Shown here in pieces: positions 7,588-14,326 of a DNA stretch of 15,933 nucleotides. This DNA comes from Candidatus Odinarchaeia archaeon (GTDB lineage Archaea; Asgardarchaeota; Odinarchaeia; Odinarchaeales; Odinarchaeaceae). Position 1 is the first letter of the stretch. Every line of letters begins with the position of its first letter. The stretch covers positions 1 to 15,933 of the forward strand of contig JAHQXC010000026.1 of assembly GCA_029856525.1 (NCBI GenBank), written 5' to 3'. The notes under the pieces were generated by a model. The model worked only from the letters and a program-made list of their open reading frames with translations. It was not told the DNA's origin and searched no databases. The position numbers were made by a program, and so were the translations under genes.

Positions 7588-7914
7588 ATGAGCTATGTGA
7601 AAGTAGCTGAAAAATCTCAAATACCAGTCGGCGCGATGAAAACAGTTAAACTAGGAGAGAAAGAAATTCTAATAGCTAACGTGAATGGAAAATATTATGC
7701 GATAGGAGGCAGATGCACGCATAAAGGCGGGGATCTTGGAAAAGGTATATTAGAAGGAGCGATAGTAACTTGCCCAAGACATAAAGCACAGTTCGATGTA
7801 ACCACAGGGAAATCTGTTTCGAAGCCGAAAATACCACTCAGCAAACCTTTAGAAGATGAGCCTGTATACAGGGTTAAAGTTGAAGGCGAAGACATTCTAA
7901 TATTACAGGAGTAA
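7588..7914 (+). CDS. Rieske [2Fe-2S] ferredoxin (NirD/dioxygenase-ferredoxin-like)
   Basis: CxH...CxxH ligands (CTHKGGDL...CPRHKAQFDVTTG). SD GGAG upstream. Confidence 0.93.
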   Translation: MSYVKVAEKSQIPVGAMKTVKLGEKEILIANVNGKYYAIGGRCTHKGGDLGKGILEGAIVTCPRHKAQFDVTTGKSVSKPKIPLSKPLEDEPVYRVKVEGEDILILQE

Positions 7915-7931
7915 AAATTATTCACATCATA

Positions 7932-7938
7932 TTTTTTT
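7932..7938 (+). terminator. Oligo-T archaeal terminator after the Rieske gene
   Basis: T7 tract 18 nt after the stop codon, between convergent genes. Confidence 0.45.
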
Positions 7939-7948
7939 AGATTATATT

Positions 7949-8551
7949 TCACCCTAACATTCGGTCACGCCAGTGTTCTATTTGAGCTGTTAACTCCTCT
8001 ACATCTCTTTTTGTAAGCTTAGAATCCTTATATTTTCTCAGAGTGTTTATAACACGAGCGATCTCATGGTAAACTGGGTGAAAAGAATGATACTCCATTA
8101 ATTTATCGCGCGCTGTTTCAAATTCCCTTGCAAGCTCTTCACCTGAAAGCTCCCTCTCTAAGCTAGACTCCATATATCTGAATATATCATCCACAGGTCC
8201 CCTGGAAGGGGTTACGTGAGATATTTGAACCGGAGGGCTCGCAGGCTCGGCTACAGGTTTAACCGTTGTTTCAACAACCTTAACCTCTTCTACAGGTTTC
8301 ACTTCAGGTTGAACGGCGACCGAGGGTTTAACAGTTAAATTTCTAACAGCCTCCTCTATCCTCATCACTCGATCATATAACTCTTTAACATCTATTTTCT
8401 GCTCCTTCAACTGGTTGAGTGAAACGCGAATCTGCTCGAATTTATCTGCAACAATTCCGATAAGCTCTTTGAAAAGGGTTTTAAGAGAATTATTCAAGCT
8501 GATAAGCTCCTCTATTTTTTTAATAAGCGCGTTTTGAATACTATCAGACAT
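7949..8551 (-). CDS. Hypothetical protein: N-terminal coiled coil, V/P/E-rich linker, C-terminal helical bundle
   Basis: ORF of ~200 aa. ATG at 8551 has SD AGGTGG, so it is preferred over GTG 8560. Heptad pattern in aa 5-76 and VKP repeats in the linker. Confidence 0.8.
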   Translation of the reverse strand: MSDSIQNALIKKIEELISLNNSLKTLFKELIGIVADKFEQIRVSLNQLKEQKIDVKELYDRVMRIEEAVRNLTVKPSVAVQPEVKPVEEVKVVETTVKPVAEPASPPVQISHVTPSRGPVDDIFRYMESSLERELSGEELAREFETARDKLMEYHSFHPVYHEIARVINTLRKYKDSKLTKRDVEELTAQIEHWRDRMLG

Positions 8552-8700
8552 GAAAACCACCTTAAACTTATTAAAAATATTATGTTAAACAATATTAAAA
8601 GCTAGCTTAACCGGATAATAGAAAACTAACAAAACACTTTTATTAACGGATGTTTTAAAATCTAAAAGAAGAGTTTAACAATAGTCTACGAGGGTTAAAT

Positions 8701-9399
8701 TTGGATAATGAAATCGGCGAGATTAAAGCCGGAATCATTTTAACAGTTATACTAGAATATTTCAAGGAGATATTCGTCAGCCGAAAAACTACAAAAGAAG
8801 GAGTTATAGTATACCAGGTTGAGGAGCCTTCAGGCCCTCTGTGCAGCTTCAGAGTTGAAGGTGATAAAGTCACTTTCACACCTGAATCTAAATTCGGTGG
8901 AAAAGAAAAAGAGATTAAAGAATTAATTTTGAAGAGAACAGGCCTAGTAGAGTACGCTCCACCGCCATTAACTGAGAAACCTGTTAAAGAAGAGCCTGTT
9001 ATCCCTGTTGAATCCGTGATTAAAAAACGTGAAATAGAACCAGAGATCCCTGAATTTGAAAGCAGACCGATAATACCATCAACACCCGGAATAGCTGAAG
9101 GCTTAGATACAATTCCAGGGAGAGTATTAGACTTCGAAGGGGAACCATTCCAGATACTAACAGAACAGCAGCCTATACCTTCAACATCCTACATGGTCTC
9201 CCTTGGAAAATATAAAAACGATTGGGCGGTGGCTGTAACACGGGGTAGAAAAATAATAGGAGTTGAGAAGCTTTCAGCCTTAGATACTAATGTGATAATA
9301 GGCGCTATACAGAAAATAATAGTTATACCTTTATTCTCACCATACGCGGTGTCCAGAGCTGTAGGCAGACTATTAGAAGAGGTAAAAGCGAGAAAATAA
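8701..9399 (+). CDS. Hypothetical two-domain protein with Pro/Glu-rich linker
   Basis: 232-aa ORF with TTG start, GAGGG SD and a downstream T-tract. 12 prolines in aa 86-140. Confidence 0.8.
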   Translation: MDNEIGEIKAGIILTVILEYFKEIFVSRKTTKEGVIVYQVEEPSGPLCSFRVEGDKVTFTPESKFGGKEKEIKELILKRTGLVEYAPPPLTEKPVKEEPVIPVESVIKKREIEPEIPEFESRPIIPSTPGIAEGLDTIPGRVLDFEGEPFQILTEQQPIPSTSYMVSLGKYKNDWAVAVTRGRKIIGVEKLSALDTNVIIGAIQKIIVIPLFSPYAVSRAVGRLLEEVKARK

Positions 9400-9571
9400 G
9401 AGAAACTATTTTTTAAAACACATGCAGAATCTTATAATTGTAATTAAACTGTTCGATGCGAAAACTAAGCGATATTTAACAGAGTATAAGTTAAAATATT
9501 CATATATTATTTGTTAAATAATTTACTATTTTAAACAGCTAAAAATTGTTTCGATGATTGGGGGAGTATAG

Positions 9572-10381
9572 GTGAATGTGAAAATAGAATCCCATCATAT
9601 GATGTTCACTGATGGTTATAAAATAATTATCATAGATGAAAGCGGGAATATTGAAAAACACTATATGAAGTTTGAGGATGGTATAAAAAACGTTTTCAAA
9701 TGGAATGTCCTATCCCCATTCCTAGCTAAACTGAAGATAATCAGCCAAGACTATCATATAAAAAACTCTCAGTTAAGATGGGAGAATGAGATAAAAGTCT
9801 TAAAATATTTGAGAGAAAAGCTATCTGAAGGAGAATACCCTTTATATGTTCCTAAAATTACTTCAAGCCGTGTTAAAAAAATCAGAGATCAGCACCTTCA
9901 AGAATTCCTCGCTCAGTGGAGAGACTACAGGTATACTATATTAGAGTACGTGGAGGGGCCGACGCTTAGAGAAATGTTAACTAAGCCGGAAAACTATAAT
10001 TTAGAGGATGAGGTGAGATTACTAGGAAAGTGTATTGGGATAATGCACGGCTTCGGAGTCTGTCAATTCGATCGGAGAACAACTAATGATATAAAAATAC
10101 CAGGCGGATTCTGCTGCGTGGATTATAGTCTAGCTAAAATATTCCGGAAACGGGGTGACGCATACTATCGAGGGGTTGCATTCGACATAGATAATGAAAG
10201 ACTATGGCTTCCCCCTAAACTATTCGATATATTTCAGGAGGCCCACGACGGCTACATGGAATCAGTGGAAGGTTTTAATATGAATAAATATGAGAAGGCG
10301 CTTTCACAGTTTAAACGATTATCCCAGTTATCTAGAATATTGAAACCGTTATTATTTCAGTTAGACGGGGCGCCGTTGTGA
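9572..10381 (+). CDS. Atypical protein-kinase-fold enzyme (Bud32/RIO/Kdo-kinase-like)
   Basis: alphaC Glu (RWENE), YVPKI, hinge LEYVEGPTL, catalytic loop MHGFGVCQFDRRTTN (DxxxxN), DFG-equivalent DYSLA and alphaF Asp (AFDI). Confidence 0.75.
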   Translation: MNVKIESHHMMFTDGYKIIIIDESGNIEKHYMKFEDGIKNVFKWNVLSPFLAKLKIISQDYHIKNSQLRWENEIKVLKYLREKLSEGEYPLYVPKITSSRVKKIRDQHLQEFLAQWRDYRYTILEYVEGPTLREMLTKPENYNLEDEVRLLGKCIGIMHGFGVCQFDRRTTNDIKIPGGFCCVDYSLAKIFRKRGDAYYRGVAFDIDNERLWLPPKLFDIFQEAHDGYMESVEGFNMNKYEKALSQFKRLSQLSRILKPLLFQLDGAPL

Positions 10382-10403
10382 GCTTAGCTTAACGGGCTAA
10401 GCT
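10381..10403. terminator. Hairpin between convergent kinase and rhomboid genes
   Basis: AGCTTAGC (10381-10388) / GCTAAGCT (10396-10403), a perfect 8-bp inverted repeat filling most of the 27-bp gap. Confidence 0.45.
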
Positions 10404-10408
10404 TTCTA

Positions 10409-11245
10409 TTATTTTCCTGATAAACTTAAATTTAATCGATTTTTAAAATCCCACACCGCGGTTAAGCCGAGTACTATTCCTGAAAGCAACCCGGCTAGAT
10501 GCGCCGTCACATCAATTACGACATCTTCAAATACGAAGATATCAGCCGGGAAAAGAAAGTAGGTTAACGTATAGTATACCGTCAAAGTTAGAAGCGTAAC
10601 TAAGATAATCAGTTTAGAGTAAAAGTCTTTTTTAAATAAGTCTGCGAGCAGTCGACGCGACTTCGATAAAAATATTAAGCTTAAGGCTAAGCTTCCTATA
10701 AAAATTATCAAGCAGAGTGGGTCGAAGATTCTTGGAAGAGAGATCACGGTTAACGTTAACATGAGCAGAGAAAAAGTGAAGCTGTTAAGTATGTAATTAT
10801 CTTGCACCGGTTTTATTAAAAATATTCTTAGAGAAGGGATCGTTAAACCAAGTAAGCCTGCTACAGCTATTGAAAGCCCGCAGGAGGTAAACGATTCTCT
10901 TATAATAAGCGTGGCGTAAAAATTGAAGAAAATATTGTACACGACTGGTATTAGAAAAATAGTTAACAACATTAATTTTAAAAGAATACTGGTTGCCCCC
11001 GCCTTCCAGTTCACTAAGTATAATATTATAGAGATTATGAGAAAAGAGATTATGTTACTTGATAAGTGAAGCTGGTTTAAGTGAATGAATATAGATGTGA
11101 AAAGTGTTAGAGGATTCCACACTCCTGTTTGAAGCATAAGAGAGCCTTGAACGTCTACTGGTAGAAGGGAGAGGATAAAGCATGTTAAAGGTATTATAAT
11201 TATAAGAGCGAGAATAATATAATCGTTTATACGATTATACTTCAT
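10409..11245 (-). CDS. Rhomboid-family intramembrane serine protease
   Basis: TLFTSIFIHLNQLHLSSN (HxxxxHxxxN), catalytic GxS (CGLSI) and AHLAG His. Many TM segments. ATG 11245 is preferred because the longer ORF-track start (11347) overlaps the opposite gene and a TATA sits ~25-30 nt upstream of 11245. Confidence 0.8.
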   Translation of the reverse strand: MKYNRINDYIILALIIIIPLTCFILSLLPVDVQGSLMLQTGVWNPLTLFTSIFIHLNQLHLSSNIISFLIISIILYLVNWKAGATSILLKLMLLTIFLIPVVYNIFFNFYATLIIRESFTSCGLSIAVAGLLGLTIPSLRIFLIKPVQDNYILNSFTFSLLMLTLTVISLPRIFDPLCLIIFIGSLALSLIFLSKSRRLLADLFKKDFYSKLIILVTLLTLTVYYTLTYFLFPADIFVFEDVVIDVTAHLAGLLSGIVLGLTAVWDFKNRLNLSLSGK

Positions 11246-11318
11246 AGTTAAATTATTTTTAAGCAACTTATATATAATATTAAGATCATCTCTAACTGTT
11301 AGATGATTAGCGATCTTA
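11218..11318. promoter_or_regulatory. Compact divergent promoter with central TATA and flanking palindromes
   Basis: TTATATATAA at 11268-11277. 9-bp perfect IR at 11218-11239 and an extended imperfect IR at 11281-11318. Confidence 0.5.
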
Positions 11319-11326
11319 GATAAGGG

Positions 11327-11848
11327 ATGTTTTTGGAGCACTACCATAATAGGAGACCTGAAAGAGCGATAACAGATTTACAGGAGATATTAGATATCAT
11401 AAATAGACAGAGATATATGACGCTGGCTCTCTGCAAAGATCATAACCCTTATCTGGTTACTGTGACATACGTGTTCGACTTTGAAAAATACTCTTTCTAC
11501 TTTCACTGTGCAACTAAGGGTAGAAAACTCGATTATATTGAAGCTAACCCGAGGGTTTACGGGCAGATTCTAGAAGACGACGGTTACATGGATGGAATGT
11601 GCCTTCACGCGTTTAAAACTGTTCAATTCACAGGGACAGCTAAAATCATAATCGATGAGAAGATTAAAAGAAGAGCTTTAAGCATGTTAATAGAGAAACA
11701 TGAAAGCAACCCTGAGAGAAGCAGAGAAAGGTTTATGAAGCAGGGTAAAATTGAAAAAACCGCTATTATAGAAATCGAAGTTTACAGTTTTTCAGGTAAA
11801 AAGATTAACCGCAGTCTACTAGATTCTAATGTTGAAAACAAGATTTAA
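11327..11848 (+). CDS. Pyridoxamine 5'-phosphate oxidase-like / NimA-family flavin-binding protein
   Basis: RRPERAITD start, PYLVTVTYV, YFHCATKGRKLDYIEANPRV and FKTVQFTG, a split-barrel FMN-binding signature. Confidence 0.88.
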   Translation: MFLEHYHNRRPERAITDLQEILDIINRQRYMTLALCKDHNPYLVTVTYVFDFEKYSFYFHCATKGRKLDYIEANPRVYGQILEDDGYMDGMCLHAFKTVQFTGTAKIIIDEKIKRRALSMLIEKHESNPERSRERFMKQGKIEKTAIIEIEVYSFSGKKINRSLLDSNVENKI

Positions 11849-11908
11849 CTATGAGAAAGTTTATGATTATTTTTAAAATAGATTAACTTATAGCTGAGGA
11901 AAATTAAG

Positions 11909-12388
11909 GTGTATGATTTGAAAATCAGAGCAGTATTAGCGTTTACATTCGGTTTATTATCAGCTTGGTTTCTAATTTACTTTCTTGTTTTAGGCGCCTC
12001 TCTAAGTAGCTTAGCTGATAGTTTAACAGATGGTTTAGAGCGCGTTAAGATAATTCTACTTGAAATATGTCTTATTCAATTCTCCGCTTTTCCCCTACTT
12101 TTAATAGGAGAGTATATTCTAACAGTGGTGCTTATCTTCACAGGGTTACTGATAGGAGTCATATGCGGCGGCTATAAGTGTAGTTTAATAGTTGTATTCT
12201 TCTACTCTCTTATAGTTTTTATAACACCTCTCATAATCCTCGTATCCAACGGTTACACGCCGCTGTTCGCTTTAACCCAGATCCTCTTCCTGTTTATAGG
12301 TCACTCTATAATCCACGTAGTTTTAAATTTTATAGTATACGAAGCGTTGTTAATTCTCCCAGCGATTACAGGAGCAGCGCTGATATAA
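11909..12388 (+). CDS. Hypothetical integral membrane protein (4-5 TM)
   Basis: 159-aa hydrophobic ORF with GTG start and a GAGG SD-like motif upstream. Confidence 0.7.
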   Translation: MYDLKIRAVLAFTFGLLSAWFLIYFLVLGASLSSLADSLTDGLERVKIILLEICLIQFSAFPLLLIGEYILTVVLIFTGLLIGVICGGYKCSLIVVFFYSLIVFITPLIILVSNGYTPLFALTQILFLFIGHSIIHVVLNFIVYEALLILPAITGAALI

Positions 12389-12430
12389 ATTTATTAACAG
12401 ACTTTATTAAATCATGTTAAAGAAGGTGAG

Positions 12431-13387
12431 TTGATGAGCTATCACGGTATTAAAATTATTTCTACAAGTGAAAGAGACGCTTGGTTTGATAAATACAGGG
12501 ATCGCTTCCTATACGAGAAGAAAGCTGATATATACGGGGTGTGCGTGAAGCTTATCACAGATACAGAGTGGATTAAAGACGCTTGGGAGGAGAACTTCTA
12601 TTCGATGTCTGAGAATATCCGCTCACACGGCCGGCTGCTAGTACTATTCGAACCAGACATGGAGCCTCAAATAATGTATGACCCGGTTTCTAAGACTGTT
12701 ATAATGTTTAACATAGACTATTATGGTAAGATTAAGTCTATAGCTCTATCAAACGCAGGGGATATTCTAGAAGATAATCACGGCATTTACTCAGTGCACG
12801 GAGCATGCGTAGACTATAATGGAAGCGGGGTGTGTTTAATAGCTCCTTCAGGAACAGGTAAAACCACGCACACCTACGGTTTACTGAGATATAATGATAT
12901 TAGAGTTGTCAGCGACGACTGGTTTTATGCGAGAGTATACGGTTCCCATGATATTTTAGCATTCAGCTCTGAGAAAAACTTCTATATTAGAGCGGATATA
13001 ATCGACATCTGGCCTGAATATAAGAATATTTATCATAGGATTAAATTAGATAATAAGGGGAGATCTATAATTCATATAAACTGGATTGTAGGGAAAGAAA
13101 GGCTGAGAACCATGTCAACGCTGAAGACAACTATACTATTGAAGAGAGATTACAATGACGCGGGGAAGGTTGTAGAGGTTGAACCTGAAGAGGCTTTAAA
13201 CTATCTAGAGGCGAATGATTATTATAATCCGCATACGCTTGTGTTAAACGAGTACAAGGAAAAAATAAGAAGAAGATTCTTTAAAACCCTCCTCGAGTCT
13301 ACGCGAATATTCATGGTTAACACGACAAGCCCCCCTGAAGAGACGAATCGCATAATACTTGAAACTTTAAAGTCTAGTTTAAAATGA
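12431..13387 (+). CDS. HPr-kinase/PEPCK-superfamily P-loop protein
   Basis: VHGAC strand, Walker A APSGTGKTT and VVSDDW di-acid motif typical of the HPrK/PCK fold. SD AGGTGA; start is probably ATG 12434. Confidence 0.75.
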   Translation: MMSYHGIKIISTSERDAWFDKYRDRFLYEKKADIYGVCVKLITDTEWIKDAWEENFYSMSENIRSHGRLLVLFEPDMEPQIMYDPVSKTVIMFNIDYYGKIKSIALSNAGDILEDNHGIYSVHGACVDYNGSGVCLIAPSGTGKTTHTYGLLRYNDIRVVSDDWFYARVYGSHDILAFSSEKNFYIRADIIDIWPEYKNIYHRIKLDNKGRSIIHINWIVGKERLRTMSTLKTTILLKRDYNDAGKVVEVEPEEALNYLEANDYYNPHTLVLNEYKEKIRRRFFKTLLESTRIFMVNTTSPPEETNRIILETLKSSLK

Positions 13388-13448
13388 GATTAAAGAGTTT
13401 AGATTAAGAAACCAGATACGCTTATATTTTCACAGATTATAATTTTTT

Positions 13449-13637
13449 GTGAGCTACAACAGTCTAGAAGCGGGCTTCTCCTCTCGCAAACTTAGCGTTA
13501 AAAAGTACAGAGGGTTGAAGCTGGTTCACATCAACCCTGCTACATATATTCACTCTGCAGATAAATTTCAATGCAAGAAGACCGCTGTTTTTAAGCGGTT
13601 GATGAATCGATGGGAAATTTATAGTATACACCGTTAA
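13449..13637 (+). other. Possible small basic ORF (62 aa) or structured non-coding segment
   Basis: GTG start without SD and no recognisable motif. The segment is GC-richer than its flanks and contains hairpins. Confidence 0.2.
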
Positions 13638-13747
13638 AAAGAAATATAAGAATATTATTAAGGAAATATTATTTAAGGAAAACTTGGAATTATAACTGAG
13701 AGATAAATGTATCCATCATATTCTAGATATGTTAAGGTGGTTTTAAA

Positions 13748-14275
13748 ATGTGTTTAAGAGAGGATTCTGAGACTAACAGCGGGGAAGCGGCTGAGCTAGA
13801 AAGTAAAACGGTACAGGAAGAAAAAGTTGAAAGATGGTCTCTGGCTAAAAAAATTCTCCCATTCTTTAAAAAGAGAATAGCGGTGTTAGTGGATGGCCCT
13901 AATATTTTAAGAAAAGAGTTTAACGTGAAGCTTGAAGAGATTTTAGAAGCTGTTAGCAGTCTCGGAAAGGTTCAAGTTGCCAGAGTCTATTTAAATCAGC
14001 ATGCTTCTGAGAAGCTTATCGAAGCTATATCTAACAGTGGTTTCGAACCCATTATCTCAACTATAGATGTACATTTAAAAATGGCGATGGATGTGATCGA
14101 GCTTATTAACAAGTTAGACCTCGATTACATAGCGATCGCCAGCCGGCATGCTAGATGCGTGCCTATCCTCCATAAATTAAAGGAGAGAAATCTTGGAACA
14201 GCTGTTATAGGCTTTGAACCAGGATTCAGCGTCGCTTTACAGAATACCGCGGACTATGTGTTCAAGTTAACATAA
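13748..14275 (+). CDS. NYN/PIN-fold protein (TIGR00288 / LabA-DUF88 family), catalytically degenerate
   Basis: VLVDGPNILRKEF, VYLNQHASEKLIEA and EPGFSVALQNTAD match the family. Conserved DVD reads DVH and TRDADF reads SRHARC. SD AGGTGG. Confidence 0.88.
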   Translation: MCLREDSETNSGEAAELESKTVQEEKVERWSLAKKILPFFKKRIAVLVDGPNILRKEFNVKLEEILEAVSSLGKVQVARVYLNQHASEKLIEAISNSGFEPIISTIDVHLKMAMDVIELINKLDLDYIAIASRHARCVPILHKLKERNLGTAVIGFEPGFSVALQNTADYVFKLT

Positions 14276-14326
14276 TTATTATAAATTATAATAAAAAATA
14301 AGTGAAGAATTCTCTAAAACAGTAGG

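Noticed and set aside
7058-7952. Minus-strand ORFs 7058-7327 and 7695-7952
   Set aside because: Antisense shadows of lipS1 and the Rieske gene.
8655-8879. Minus-strand 74-aa ORF
   Set aside because: Antisense to the 8701-9399 gene; no independent support.
11246-11347. 34-aa N-terminal extension of the rhomboid ORF in the ORF track
   Set aside because: It overlaps the start of the opposite-strand gene and spans the promoter; ATG 11245 fits the TATA spacing.
13519-13538. GGTTCA in a hairpin loop suggesting a tRNA T-arm
   Set aside because: No cloverleaf, D-arm or acceptor stem can be built.
13599-13700. C-box-like TGATGA with downstream CTGA (C/D sRNA)
   Set aside because: The boxes are ~95 nt apart with very AT-rich intervening sequence, no C'/D' pair and no plausible guides.
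14276-14294. TTATTATA/TATAATAA inverted repeat between NYN and psmA
   Set aside because: Pure A/T in an AT-rich gap and likely chance; the adjacent T-tract explains termination.
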